DNA from: Cirrosporium novae-zelandiae
Taxonomy: Eukaryota
Assembly (NCBI GenBank): GCA_026023565.1
Contig: JAPETS010000028.1
Coordinates: 62,001 to 126,000, forward strand
Direction: 5' to 3'
DNA length: 64,000 nucleotides
Shown: positions 1-15,900 of the stretch, piece after piece
Layout: every line of letters begins with the position of its first letter
Numbering within the stretch: the stretch's first letter is position 1
Notes under the pieces: generated by a model
Database searches by the model: none
The model's input: only the letters and a program-made list of their open reading frames with translations
What the model was told of the DNA's origin: nothing
Position numbers and translations under genes: made by a program

Positions 1-420
1 AAATACGAAAAAAAAAACCGCGAAATTTATTTAAATTAAAAATAAATAGAACCCGGATACGGGAAAAAAAATCTAAATAAATCGGGTATTAAATAAAAAT
101 TGGGCCCGTAATAAAAAAACGGGGTAAACATATACGTGAAATATAAAAATTAAAAATCGAAAATAAATACGAGTAAATCTATTTATAAATTACGAACACC
201 GAAATAATATTAAAAAATTATCCGGTTAAATAAATGAAATAATTCTAGGAAATCTAAAAAAAAGGGGAAATTATATAACCGAATTAAAAGAATAACCCCT
301 ATTATTTTAGCTAAAAATACACCCCGAAAAAAATATAAAAAAACCTGAAATCTTTAAATAGAATCCGTAATAGTTTTTAAACGATATATAAACATAAAAC
401 AATAAATAATTATCATTATT
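1..420 (+). mobile_element. 3' end of Tad1-like LINE (runs off window start)
   Basis: Aligns to the 3' UTR of other copies (e.g. 54560-54983) and ends in a degenerate (CAT)n tail. Confidence 0.9.
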
Positions 421-1709
421 AATATTAATTTAAATATAATTTTTAAATAAAATTAATTAATTAATTTCTTAATAAATTCTAATATATATATAATAATTTT
501 TTATATTTCTAATATTTATTTGATTTTAGATTATTTTTTATTTTTTTTATTTTTAATATTAATTCCTGTTTTAATTATAAATTATATAATAATCAAATCT
601 AAATATATATTAATAATTTTTTTTTATCTTTTTATATATTATTATTTCTAATATATTATAAAAAAGATTAATTAAAATAATTAATTATTCGTGTATTTAT
701 TTAAATATTTTCGTTATTTAATATTATAATTAATATTTAATTTTAAATTTATAATTATTTAAAATATTAATTAATATTTTAAAATCATCGTAATATTTGT
801 TATTAATAATAATTTTTTTTAAAATCTGATTTTTATATTAATAATAAAAATTATCTAAATTTTATTTATTATTAAAGGATTTTAGATTATAAAATATTTA
901 AAATTCTATTTTGGGTAATATATAAATTAATAGTTATTTAAATTAAAATAAAGATTTATTTTATAAAATAAATTTAGGGTTTATATTTTAATAATCTAAT
1001 TTAACCAGGAACCGTAACAATTATTTAGTATATTTAAATTATTTATTAATTTTTTAATCTGGCCGAAAATTTAATCAATTAAAAAAAATGGATCAAAATT
1101 TAATATTATTTTTAATAATAAATTAAATAATAAATTTAAAAAAAATATATTTAATAAAAATTAATTTATATTTAATATTTAATAATATAATATTTTTTTT
1201 TAATAATCGTTTTTAATTTCGATTTTTTGTTATTAATTTCTTTTATTTATATTTTTTATTTTTATAATCCTATTTTATTTATTTTAATTGCGTTTAATTA
1301 TTATTATTTTTAATTTTTTAACGATATTAATTTTTTCGATATTAAATTTTTTTATTTTTTCTATTATAATATTAAAAGATTTATATATTTTTAATTTTTT
1401 AAAATTTAATAAATCGTTATCGTTTATTTTAATTTTATTTTTTTAATTATTTGATTTTTAATTTTAATAATAAAATTATATTAAAAATCATTTTTTATAA
1501 TAATATAAATTAAATAAAAAGTTTTATATTAATAAAAAAATACTTAATCCGTAATTTATAAATAAAATAATATTTATTTAATAATTATTTTAGTAATTTA
1601 TAATATTTTATTTAAAAACTTTTTTCGTTTATTATAAATAATTTATTTATTATTAATTTATATTTTTATTTTATTTTATTAATATAAAAATAATAAAATA
1701 GTATAATAA

Positions 1710-3335
1710 AATTATATTTATTTTAATTTGTATAATTAATTCTAGAATTATAATTATTATATTGTATTTTTTATAATAATTATATTATAATATTTTTATT
1801 TATAATTCGGATATATTATTATTTATTTACGATACGAATATTATTAATATTCTCGGTATTATTAATATTTCGGGTGTTATTTAATTTTTCTTTTTGTATA
1901 ATATGTTTTTATTTTTTGGGCCGCTGAATATTTTCCGTTTGTGATTATATAAAGGCTTAAACAGTTTATATATTTTAACGGGATATATATATAAATCCCC
2001 GTATACGCGGATTTATATTCTATTATCCGATACCGGTAATTTTATATTTCGTATATTTCCGCGTATATTATATATTTAGAGACTTTATTTTTATATTTTA
2101 AAAATAATTTATATTTTAATTAAACGTATTTTAAATATATTTTATTTATTTCTAATATAAATTATCGGATATATCGAAATTTATATTTTATTAAATAATA
2201 ATTTTCGGTTTTTTAGTTTTTATATATTATAAACGGAAAATTTATTTTAATTAAAATAATATATTTTTTTAATACGAGCCCGATTTATATCTGTTTTTAA
2301 TAATATTTTTCCGGTATTATTTATACGATTACCGTGTGTCGGAATAATAAATAAATATTTTTTAAATTATTTTTTATTAGATTTAGCTTATTTAGATTTT
2401 TAAATATTTTTAGTAATATTTTTTATTTTTTTATTTAATATAAAATTTTTAATAAATATATATTTATTATTATATTATTTATTATAATTCTTAAAATCTT
2501 TTATTTATATTTAAATATTAATATATTTATATTATTTTATTTATCGAATATAATTTTTAGATTATTTTTTTTATTAATATAGGTTTCCCGTATCCGTAGT
2601 TCAAATAATATATTTAAATCAATTAATTTAGCGTTAATCGCCGTTATTACTAATATTATAAGGCCCGAATATTCGGTTTTTTCTTTATTAAAAATCGGTA
2701 TTTTCAGATTTTCAGATTTTATATCCTTATTTGCGGAGCGAGTATATTCTTTTTTACGGGGTTTGATTATTTATTATTTTATATTAGATTTATCTGCTAT
2801 TCTATTAGCTACTTTAATGTAAATAAACCCTATAGATTCCGGCGTTATTTTTACAGAAATCTGTTTCGGGGCCTTTAATATTGGCGGTAAAATCTTCTAT
2901 TTAACTGTTTTTTTATCAATTAAAAGCTTTTCTGGGGTTTTTTATCCGTTTATATCGTTGTCCGCGTAGCCGGTGTTTATAATCCGGTTATTATTCCCAC
3001 TCGGGATATTATTAAAAAAAATATTATATTTTTTTTTTATTATTTATTCGGGTTTAATTACCGGGATTATATAATTTTTATTTATAGAATTTTTTATTTT
3101 TCTGCGCGTAATTTCTGCGGTTTTTACCTAGGTTTATAATATTTAATTATATATAATTTTTTTTAATTTTTTTTTTAGATTTTTATAGTTTTATTGTTTT
3201 ATTTTTTTAAAACAATTATTCGGGTTTTTAAACCGAAAAATATCTCCGGTAATTATATTATAAAATCGTCGATTTGTAAAATTTAATATATATTTTTTTC
3301 CGATTATAGGAAATATACGTATTATTATATATTTA
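1710..3335 (-). mobile_element. LINE fragment (ORF1 region), RIP-mutated
   Basis: Colinear with ~7590-9378 of the neighbouring copy, with internal deletions. Confidence 0.85.
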
Positions 3336-6300
3336 ATGATGATAATAATGATTATTCATTGTTTTATATCCATATATCGCTTAGAAACTATGACGGACTC
3401 TACTCGGGGGCTTTTAGGCCCTTTCGTATCCCTTTTCGGGCTTATTTTTAGCTAAAATGGTGGGGGTCATCTCTCTGGTTCGGCTATATAGCTTCCCCCC
3501 CTTTTTGGGTTTCCTAGAATCATCTGATTTATTTAACCGGATAGTTTTTTAGCGCTATTTCGGTGTTCGTAGCCTATAAATAGGCTTATTCGTACCTATT
3601 TTCGATTTTTTTAGTTCTTGCTTTCGTATACGTTTACCCCGCGTATCTATTACGGACCCCGTTTTTATTTAATATTTACGTCCGGGTTTTTATCCCCCCC
3701 ATGTCCGGGTTCTACCCACCCCCAATCCAAATACGCCTCACGATTTTCCGTTTCGTATTCAATTTAGGACTGGGGTTTCCCTATTTCCGTATTATTTAAA
3801 AAACGTATTCAATTTTTAAAGAATTTTCGGTTTTTTAATACGAATATTAATTTTTTTTTTCGATTATATTAGATTATTGGTCCCTCTATTTTTTTATTAT
3901 TCCCCGTAACCGGGTTTTAACCGTTTTTTAACGCGGATATATTAATATTAAATAAAAAACGTTTTAATATAAAATCCCGTATTATTAATATTCTAGGATA
4001 ATAATAATTTTCGTATAATATATATATTTCCCGATAACGGTGTATCCCGTTTTTATTTAATAAAATCTATTTATTAATTTTTTAAACGCGTATTTTAATA
4101 TCTAATTTTTTTTATTTTTCGGGTATATTCGATACGATTTATCGGACGATTTTTTTATTTTTTAATTACGTAATTAATTATACGTTTTTATTATTCGTTT
4201 TTTAATTATATTACGGGTTATATAAATTAACGAAATTTATTCGATTATTTTATTATTTTTTAATGCCGTATTTATTTTAATTATTTAATTTATTATTTCG
4301 TTTTTTAATATTTTATAATATTTTAAAATTTATTTAATAACGATTTTCGTTTTTTAATCGATTAAATATTTAATATATTTATATATTTTTTATACGATTA
4401 TTTAATTTTTTTTTAATTTTTTTTTTTCGATCCGTTTAATAATCGTTTACGAATTAAATAATATTATTATTTTTTTTTCGGGAATTTTATAATTATTTAA
4501 ATACGTTTTAATTATTATTTATAGAATTATTTACGTTTTTTAAAATTTTATATCGAATATTTTTTATTTTAATTTAAATAATATTTTTATATCGTTTATA
4601 AATTTTTTTCGATTATTTTTTAAATTATTTTTATTTTTATTTTATAATTTTTTAATTTAAATTTATTTAATTAATATATATTTTTTTAATTTTATATTAA
4701 TATTTTATTAAAAATTTATTATTTTAAAAATATTATTATTTTTTTTAAAAATCTATTTTTTTCGATTATTTAAATTTTTTTAATTTTAAAATTCGGATTT
4801 ATTATTTTTTAGATTATCGTTATAATTAAATATTAATTTAATATATTTTTTTTAATTTTTTAAATTTATTAAAAAATTTTTAATTATTATTTTTTTAATT
4901 AAATATTTATATTTTTTATTTTAAACGTTATCGGTAATATTAGATTTATTAAATTTTTTTCGATTTTTTAAAAATATCGAAATTTACATTTTTTTTACGT
5001 AGTATTTAATATTACGTTTACGGGATATATATAAATTTTTTATATAATTATTATTATTAAAATTATTTTATAAATTTTTATTATTAATTTTATAAATCTA
5101 TTTATTAATTTTTAAAATTTTATTTAATATCCGATCTATTTTTTTTATTAAATTTCGTATTCGTATATATAAATTAATATTATCGTCGTTACGATTATTT
5201 AGCGCGTAAATTCTATAAATAATCCGTTTCGATAATATATATATTTAATTACGTTTTCCGCGTATTTAATTTTAATTAAACGCTAAACGTAATAAATTTA
5301 AATATTAATTTTCGGATTTAATTATATATTTAATTATTATATATAATTTTTTTTATATTCGATCGGATAATTATCGATCCTACTTTTCGGTTTCGTATTT
5401 ATTTAAATTTAATATTTACGTAATCTAAAAAACGTTATAATTTTAATTTTTTAAAAATCGAATTTTAATTTATTTTTTTTTTTTTATTGAACCGCCGTTT
5501 TTATTATTTATTAAATAGTTTTTCAGATTTATTTATTATTTATATAGATAGTCGAGAAATTTACGTCGTCCACGAATAATAGAGTTTTGATTTTAGGGAC
5601 CGCCTATTTTACGGCTGCGAATAGCCCGCTATAATATATTAAAAATAATAGTAGGGATACGGATAATTTTTACGGTATTTTTATTTTTATATTAATTTAG
5701 AATTATATTTCTCTATTAATTATTAATTCGATATTTTATTAAATTATAAAATTAATTATTTATTTAATAATATTTTTATCGATTTCTAATTATTTTAAAC
5801 GTTATATTAATTTAAATCGTAATATATAATTAAACGTTTTTTTTACGTTTATAAATAAAATATAAATTATTTATTTTCGATTAAATTTTTTTTTATTCGA
5901 TATATTAAATACGTAAATATATCGATTACGTTTCGATTATATTTCGATCTAAATTAATTTTTATATAATTTATTTAAATTTTAATATATATCCGTTAATA
6001 TATTAATTATAATTTTTTCGATTATTTTATTTAAATAATATAATAAATTTATTATTTTATAATTTTTAATTAATATTTTATCGGTTTTTCCGGATTTAAA
6101 TAATAATATTTTTTAGATATATTTTTATTACGTCGGATAATATTTTAATTAAAAATAATATCGGATTATTTCCGTTATTTTATAAAAATTTTATTATTAT
6201 AATATACGGAACGTTTTAAATTAAATTCCGTTATATTTTAAAATTTTATTCGTATTTTATATATATAACGTTTTCCGTATTATTTTTTTAAATAATTATT

Positions 6301-9300
6301 AGATAAATATTTTTTTTATCGAAAATTAAAATTCGTACCCGTATAAAAATTTTTTTATTTTTAATTTTTATCGTTACTCTCCCGTTTTTTATATAAAACG
6401 CCGATATCGGATTTCGATTTTAAAATTTATAATATTTTAATATTTTTTATTTCCGTTAAATATTTTCGGGGTTTAAAAATTTATTTAAATCGTTTTTTTT
6501 TATATATATTTAAAAAAAATCGATTTATTTTTTTTTTTTTTAATTTTAATTAATTTTATAAATTTTTTAAATATTATTTTAATTTTTTTATAAATTCGGC
6601 GTTTTTATTTCGTTTTTTTAAATATTATATAATATTCGTATTTTTTAATAATATATTCGGGATTTTATTATATTTTCGATTAAATATATATCCGTTTAAA
6701 TTTTACGTATTTATTTAGAATAATTTTTAATTAAATAATAATTTTTTATATTTCGTTTTTTAATTATATTTCCGTATAATTTACGGTTAATATATTTTTC
6801 GTAATTAATTAGAATTTTTATTTTTATTTCGTTTTAATTTATTATTAGACATTTTTTAATAATTTTAAATATTATAAATTCGGGATTAATTAATTTATTT
6901 TTAAACGATAATTTTTTTATTTAAATTAAATAAAAACGTAATCTAAATTAATTTTTAATTTATTATTTATATTATCGATTATCGCGTTTATTAATTATTT
7001 TTAAAACGGTTTTATAATAAAATTAATTATTATTAAATTAATTATTAAATAATAAATCGATTTTTTTCCGAATCAAATATATTAAATAATATTATTTTAT
7101 ATAATTAAATTCTATTTTTTTATAAATATTATTAAAAACGTATTATTTATATAAATAATTTATTCAGATTTTTATATTAAATTATAAATATTAAAATTTT
7201 TTATTAATATTATTTTATTTTTATTAAAAATAAAGTTTTATTTTATATTTTATAAAAATTTTTTAAATTTTTATTATTAATTTTATTTTTAGAAATATAC
7301 GTTTTTTAATTTTTAATTATAAACGTTAATTATTTTAATCGGATTTTTTATTTTTTTATTTACGTTTATTATATTAATATCTAGCGTTATAAAATAAAAA
7401 TAATTAATTAAATTAATTTTTATAATTATTTTAAATATATTATTTTTTCGGTTTTTATATATAATAATAACCGTTTTTATAATTTTATTTTTTATTTGAA
7501 TTTTTAATTCGGATTTATAAAAATTTTATATTAAATATAATATTTTTTTTTTTAATTTTTAATTAAATTTTTATAATAATATTATATTTATTCCGATTTA
7601 TATAATTAATTTTAAAATTATAATTATTATATCGTATTTTTTATAATAATTATATTATAATATTTTTATTTATAATTCGGATATATCGTTATTTATTTAT
7701 AATATAAATATTACCGGTATTTTCGGTATTATCGATATTTCAGATATTATTTACGTTTTTTTTTCGTTTTTTTTTAGGATTCGGGGGTTTTTAATTTTTA
7801 ATTAAAATTTTTTAAATTTATTTTTTTTTTAAAAAAATTAATATATAAAACGATTATATAATATTTTTTCGATATTTTTTTTTTATATATTTTATTTCTA
7901 TTTTTCGGGTAATTAAATATTTTCCGTCCGTGATTATATAAAAGTTTAGACAGTTTATATATTTCAATAAAATATATATATAAACCCCCGTATACGCGGA
8001 TTTATATCCTATTATTTAATATTAATAATTTTATATTTTATATATTTCCGTATATATAATATATTTAGAAATTCTATTTCTATATTCCAGAAATAATTTA
8101 TATATTAAGTAAACGTATTTTAAATACGTTTTATTTATTTCTAACGTGAATTATTAGATATATCGAAATCTATATTTTATTAAATAATAATTTTCTATTT
8201 TTTATTTTTCGTATATTATAAACGGAAATCTTATTTTAATCGAAATAATATATTTTTTTAATATAAACCCGATTCGTATCCGTTTTTAACGATATTTTTT
8301 TAGTATTATTTATACGATTACCGTATTTCGGAATAATTAATAAATTTTTTTTAAATTTTTTTTATTAGATTTAATTTATTTAGATTTTTAAATATTTTTA
8401 GAAATATTTTTTATATTTTTATTTAATATAAAATTTTTAATAAATATATATTTATTATTACGTTATTTATTTTTATTACGATTTTTAGAATTTTTTATTT
8501 ATATTTAAATATTAATATATTTATATTAATTTTTTTATGGAATATAATTTTTAGATTATTTTTTTTATTAATATAGATTTCCCGTATTTATAATTCAGAT
8601 AATATATTTAAATTAATTAATTTAATAATAATCGCTGTTATTATTAATATCGTAGAACCCAAATATTCGGTTTTTTTTTTATTAAAAATTAATATTTTTT
8701 GATTTTTAATTTTTATATTTCTATTTATAGAATTAATACGTTTTTTTTTATAGGATTTAATTATTTGTTATTTTTTATTAAATTTATTTATTATTTTATT
8801 AATTATTTTAATATAAATAAACCCCGTAAATTCCGGCGTTATTTTTATAGAAATCTGTTTCAGGATTTTCGGTATTAATAATAAAATATTTTATTTAATT
8901 ATTTTTATCGTTTATTAAAAATTTTTCTAAATTTTTTTATCCGTTTATATTATTATTCGCGTATTAAATATCTACGATCCGGTTATTATATCCGCTCGGG
9001 ATATTATTAAAAAAAATATAATTTTTTTTTTTTTTATTATTCGTTCGGGCCTAATTATTAGGATTATATAATTTTTATTTATAGAATTTTCCGCCCCGTT
9101 ATATATAATTTCTGTAATTTTTATTTAGATTTATAATATCTGGATTATTATTATAATTATTTTTTTAATTATTAAAAATTTTTATTTAATTATATATAAT
9201 TTTTTTTAATTTTTTTTTTAAATTTTTATAGTTTTATTATTTCGTTTTTTTAAAACGATTATTCGGGTTTTTAAAACGAAAAATATTTTTTATAATTATA

Positions 9301-9739
9301 TTATAAAATCGTCGGTTTTTAGAATCTAATATATTTTTTCCCCGATTATAGGAAATATATATATTATTATATATTTAATCGTTTATTTAATTAAAATATT
9401 TCGATTATTAATCTATTTTTTTATAAAATTTTTTTTTTTTCGTAAAATTTTTCGACGATATTTTTTCGTTTAATCGTTTTTTTTTCAGAATAAAAATTAT
9501 AATACCGAATCGCTAGATTTTATTATAAAATTTTGTTTCGGTTCGTTCGATTCGTTTTTTAAATATTATCGTTTTTTCGTATCCGTCTGGTTTTCGCTGA
9601 CGGTATATATTTTTTTAGCCCCCGATATTTTTTTATTATTGTTAGATTTTATAAATTTTAAATAAATATTAATTGTTTCGTATAACGGTCGTCACAATAG
9701 TGAATTGAGTTGGTGGCGCGGAATTACCAAAAAACGTTT
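3336..9739 (-). mobile_element. Near full-length Tad1-like LINE (~6.4 kb), RIP-inactivated
   Basis: (ATG)n tail at 3336-3360. Conserved family 5' end GGTCGTCACAATAGTGAATTGAGTTGGTGGCGCGGG at ~9687-9721. RT FVDD motif on the minus strand near 5565-5576. Confidence 0.9.
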
Positions 9740-11137
9740 ATTAATTATTTATTTAATAATATTTTTATCGATTTTTAATTATTTTAAATATTATATTAAT
9801 TTAAATTATAATATATAATTAAACGTTTTTTTAACGTTTATAAATAAAATATAATTTATTTATTTTTAATTAAATTTTTTTTATTCGATATATTAAATAT
9901 ATAAATATATTAATTATATTTTGATTATATTTTAATTTAAATTAATTTTTATATAATTTATTTAGATTTTCGTATATATTCTTTAATATATTAATTATAA
10001 TTTTTTCGATTATTTTATTTAAATACTATAATAGATTTATTATTTTATAATTTTTAATTAATATTTTATCGGTTTTTTTAAATTTAGATAATAATATTTT
10101 TTAAATATATTTTTATTACGTTAAATAATATTTTAATCGGAAATAATATCGAATTATTTTTATTATTTTATTAAAATTTTATTATATTTTAAAATTTTAT
10201 GCGTATTTTATATATATAATGTTTTTTATATTATTTTTTCGGATAATTATTAAACAAATATTTTAATTTTTTTATAGATTCGGTGTTTTCATTTCGTTTT
10301 TTCTAAATATTATATAGTATTCGTATTTTATAATAATATATTCGGGGTTTCATTAAACTTTTAATTAAACGTATATCCGTTTCAATTTTATATATTTATT
10401 TAGAATATTTTGTAATTAAATAATAATTTTTTATATTTCGTTTTTTAATTACGTTGCTATATTATTTATAATTAATATATTTTTTATAATTAATTAAAAT
10501 TTTTATTTTGATTTCGTTTTTATTTATTATTAAGAATTTTCTAACGATTTTAAATTCTACGAATTCGGGATTAATTAATTTATTTTTAAACGTTAATTTT
10601 TTATTCGAATTAAATAAAAACGTAATTTAAATTAATTTTTAATTTATTTTTTATATTATTGATTATTATATTTATTAATTATTTTTAAAATATTTTTATC
10701 GTAAAATTAATTATTATTAAATTAATTATTAAATAATAAATTAATTTTTTTTCGTATTAAATATTTTAAATAATATTATTTTTTATAATTAAATTTTATT
10801 TTATTTTAAATATTATTAAAAACATATTATTTATATAAATAATCCGTTCGGATTTTTATATTAATATTTAGTATTACGAAATAAAAATAATTAATTAAAC
10901 CGATTTTTATGATTATTTTATATATAATATTTTCTGTTTTTATATATAATGATAACCGTTTTTACGATTTTATTTTTTATTTAAATTTTTAATTCGGATC
11001 AATAAAATTTTTAATTAAATATAATATATTTTTTTTTAATTTTTAATTAGATATTTATAATAATATTATATTTATTTTAATTTATATAATTAATTTTAAA
11101 ATTATAATTATTATATCCTATTTTTTATAATAATTAT
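9740..11137 (-). mobile_element. Internal LINE fragment (endonuclease to RT), with deletions
   Basis: Matches ~5750-7655 of the preceding copy. Confidence 0.85.
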
Positions 11138-11461
11138 AGGTGCGCCCAATTGGGGCATAAATCATTCCTGGAATGTAGGGATAGAGCCCCTAGGTGCACT
11201 ATATACGCGGAAACACACGAAGCGCAAGACCACCGGTGTCGGATAGCAGGATGCAAGCCCGCGTACACGGGGGCTTATATATATATCCTATTGAAATGTG
11301 CAAACTGTCTAGGCCCCTATATGGCCACGGACGGAAGGTGCCCAGCTGCCCGAAGGGCAGGGGCAGAATATACGAGGAAAAAACGCCGAAAAAACGTTAT
11401 ACAATCGTTCTATATACTGGTCCCCCCCAAAAAAAAAATAAGCCCAGAAAATCCTAGCTAA
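11138..11461 (+). pseudogene. LINE ORF1 (gag-like) C-terminal Cys-His zinc-knuckle region
   Basis: RCAQLGHKSFLEC...CTI[Y]AETHEAQDHRC...CANCLGP[Y]MATDGRC. The bracketed Tyr residues are single-transition derivatives of Cys/His codons. Three tandem knuckles are typical of Tad1-clade ORF1. Confidence 0.85.
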
Positions 11462-14400
11462 AAACCAAAAATCCCCGAACCCTAAAGAAAAACGGGGGAA
11501 GAAACGTAAATAATACCCGAAATACCGATAATATCGAAAATATTAGTAGCACCCGTATCGCAAATAAATAATAATATATCCGAATTATAAATAAAAATAT
11601 TATAATATAATTATTATAAAAAATATAATATAATAATCGTAATTCTAAAATCGATTGTATAAATCGGAACGGATATAATATTATTATAAAAATCTGGCTA
11701 AAAATTAAAAAAAAAAATATTATATCCGGCGTAAGATTTTTATTAGCCCGAATTAGGGATCTAAATAAAAAATAAAATCGTAAAAATAATTATTATTATA
11801 TATAAAAACCGAAAAAATAACGTATTTAAAATAACCGTAAAAACCGATCTAATTAATTATTTCTATTTCGTAGCGCTGAATATTAATATAATAAACGCAG
11901 ACGGGGGAATAAAAAACCTGATTAAAATAATTAACGTTTATAATTAAAAATTAAAAACTATATATTTTTAAAAATAAAACCGATAATAAAAATTTAAAAA
12001 AAATTTATAAAATATAAAATAAAAATCTATTTTTAATAAAAATAAAATAATACTAATAAAAGATTTTAATATTTATAATTTTATATAAAAACCCGAATAA
12101 ATTATTTATATAAACGACGCGTTTTTAATAAGATTTATAAAAAAATAAAATTTAATTATATAAAACGATATTATCTAAAATATTTAATTCGGGAAAAATC
12201 GGTTCGTTATTTAATAATTAATTTAATAATAATTAATTTTATTATAAAATTATTTTAAAAATAATTAATAAACGTAATAATCGATAATATAAATAATAAA
12301 TTAAAAATTAATTTAAACCACGTTTTTATTTAATTCGAATAAAAAGATTACCGCCTGAAAATAAATTAATTAATTCCGAATTTATAAAATTTAAAATCGT
12401 TAGAAAATCTTTAATAATAAATTAAAATAAAAGAAAAATAAAAATTCTAATTAATTATAAAAAATATATTAATTACAAATTATATAGAAACGTAATTAAA
12501 AAACGAAATATAAAAAATTATTATTTAATTAAAAATTATTCTAAATAAATATATAAAATCTAAATAAATATATATTTAATCGAAAACGTAATAAAATCCC
12601 GAATATATCGGTAAAAAATACGAATATTATATAACGTTTAAAAAAACGAAATAAAAACGGCGAATTTATAAAAAAATTAAAATAATATTTAAAAAATTTA
12701 TAAAATTAATTAAAATTAAAAAAAAAAAAAAATAAATCGATTTTTTTTTAATATATATAAAAAAAAACGATTTAAAGAAATTTTTAAATCCCGAAAATAT
12801 TTAACGAAAATAAAAAATATTAAAATATTATAAATTTTAAAACCGAAATCCGACGCCGGCGCTCCGTATAAAAAACGGGAGAATAATAATAAAAATTAAA
12901 AATAAAAAAATTTTTATACAGGAACGAATATTCCCGTTATTTCTAAAAAATTTTAAATCTCGGTTTTTAATAGAAAAAATATTCGTTCAATAAATAACCG
13001 AAAAAACGGTATAAAAAATATTATATATATAAAATATAAATAAAATTTTAGAATATAACAGAATTTAATTTAAAACGTTCCGTATATTATAATAATAGGA
13101 TTCCGGTAAAATAACGGGGATAATCCGGTATTATATCCGGTTAAAATATCACCCGACGTAATAGAAATATACCTAAAGAATATTATTATTTAAAATTAAA
13201 AAAACCGATAAAATATTAATTAAAAATTATAAAATAATAAATTTATTATATTATTTAAATAAAATAATTAAAAAAATTATAATTAATATATTAATAAATA
13301 TATACGAAAATTTAAATAAATTATATAAAAATTAATTTAAATCGAAATATAATTAAAACGTAATCGATATATTTATATATTTTATTTATAAATATTAAAA
13401 AAACATTTAATTATATATTATAATTTAAATTAATATAACATTTAAAATAATTAAATATCGATAAAAATATTATTAGATAAATAACCAATTTTATAATCCA
13501 ACGAAATATCGAACTGATAATCGACGGAAAAATACAACCCCTAATCAGTATAAAAACGGGAGTACTATAAAGATTATTTATATCCCTAATATTATTTCTA
13601 ATATATTACAGCGGGCTATTCGCAGCTATAGAATAAACGGTTTTTAGAATCAAAATTTTATTATTTGTGGACGACGTAAATTTTTCGACCATCTATATAA
13701 ATAATAAATAAACCCGGAAAATTATTTAATAAATAATAAAAACGGCGGTCTAATAAATAAAAAAATAAATTAAAATTCGATATTTAAAAAACTAAAATTA
13801 TAATTTTTTTTAAATTATATAAATATTAAATTTAAATAAATATTAAATCGAAAATTAAAATCGATAATTATTTAATTAAATATAAAAAAAATTATATACG
13901 ATAATTAAATATATAATTAAATCCGAAATTTAATTTTTAGATTTATTACGTTTAGCGATTAATTAAAATCCGATATACGAAAAATATAATTAAATATATA
14001 TATTATTAAAATAAATTATTTATAGAATTTATATATTAAATAATTATAACGATTATAATATTAATTTATATATATAAATATAAAATTTAATAAAAAAAAT
14101 AAATTAATTATTAAATAAAATTTCAAAAATTATTAAATAAATTTATTAAATTAATAATAAAAATTTATAAAATAATTTTAATAATAATAATTATATAAAA
14201 AATTTATATATATCCCGTAAAAATAATATTAAATATTATATAAAAAAATATAGATTTCAGTATTTTTAAAAAATCGAAAAAAATTTAATAAATTTAATAT
14301 TATCGATAACGTTTAAAATAAAAAATATAAATATTTAATTAAAAAAATAATCGTTAAAAAATTTTTAATAAATTTAAAAAATTAAAAAAAAATATATTAT

Positions 14401-15900
14401 ATTAATATTTAATTATAACGATAATTTAAAAAATAATAAATCCGAATTTTAAAATTAAAAAAATTTAAATAATCGAAAAAAATAGATTTTTAAAAAAAAT
14501 AATAATATTTTTAAAATAATAGATTTTTAACGAAACGTTAATATAAAATTAAAAAAATATATATTAATCGAATAAATTTAAATTAAAAAATTAGAAAATA
14601 AAAATAAAAATAATTTAAAAAATAATCGAAAAAATTTTATAAATAATATAAAAATATTATTTAAATTAAAATAAAAAAATATTCGATATAAAATTTTAAA
14701 AAACGTAAATAATTTTATAAATAATAATTAAAACGTATTTAAATAATTATAAAATTTTTAAAAAAAAAATAATAATATTATTTAATTCGTAAACGGCTAT
14801 TAAATAAATCGAAAAAAAAAATTAAAAAAAAATTAAATTATTATATAAAAAATATACGAATATATTAAATATTTAATCGATTAAAAAACGAAAATTATTA
14901 TTAAATAAATTTTAAAATATTATAAAATATTAAAAAACGAAATAATAAATTAAATAATTAAAATAAATACGGCGTTAAAAAATAATAAAATAATTAAATA
15001 AATTTCGTTAATTTATATAATTTATAATATAATTAAAAAACAGATAATAAAAATATATAATTAATTATATAATTAAAAAATAAATAAATCGCCCGATAAA
15101 TCGTATCGAATATACCCGAAATATAAAAAAAATCGGATATTAAAATACGTGTTTAAAAAATTAATAAATAAATTTTATTAAATAAAAACGGAATACGCTG
15201 TTACCGGAAAATATATATATTATACGAAAATTATTATTATTCCGGAATATTAATAATACGGAATTTTATATTAAAACGTTTTTTATTTAATATTAATATA
15301 TCCGCGTTAAAAAACGGCTAAAACCCGATTACGAAATATAATAAAAAAATAAAAAAAATTAATAATTTAATATAATCGAAAAAAAAAAATTAATATTCGT
15401 ATTAAAAAATCGAAAATTTTTTAAAAATTAAATACGTTTTTTAAATAATACGGAAATAAAAAAACCCCAATCTTAAATTAAATACGAAACGGAAAATCGT
15501 AAAACGTATCTGGATTGGGGGTGAATAAAACCCGGACACGGGAAAAATAAAAACCCGGACGTAGATATTAAATAAAAACGGGATCCGTAATAAATACGCG
15601 GGATAAACGTATACGTAAATAAAAATTGAAAAAATCGAAAATAAATACGAATAAATCTATTTATAAATTACGAATACCGAAATAACGCTAAAAAATTATC
15701 CGGTTAAATAAATCAGATAATTCTAGGAAACCCAAAAAAAAAGGGAAACTATATAGCCGAATTAAAAAAATAATCTCTACTATTTTAATTAAAAATAAGC
15801 CCGAAAAAGGATACGAAAAAATTTAAAAACCCCCGAGTAGAGTCCGTTATAGTTTTTAAGCGATATATGGATATAAAATAATGAATAATCATCATTATCA
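11138..15900 (+). mobile_element. 5'-truncated Tad1-like LINE
   Basis: Starts in the ORF1 zinc knuckles. RT motif F-V-D-D at 13664-13675 is preceded by a degenerate GVPQGSPxSPILF. Tail atgaataatcatcattatca ends at 15900. Confidence 0.9.
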
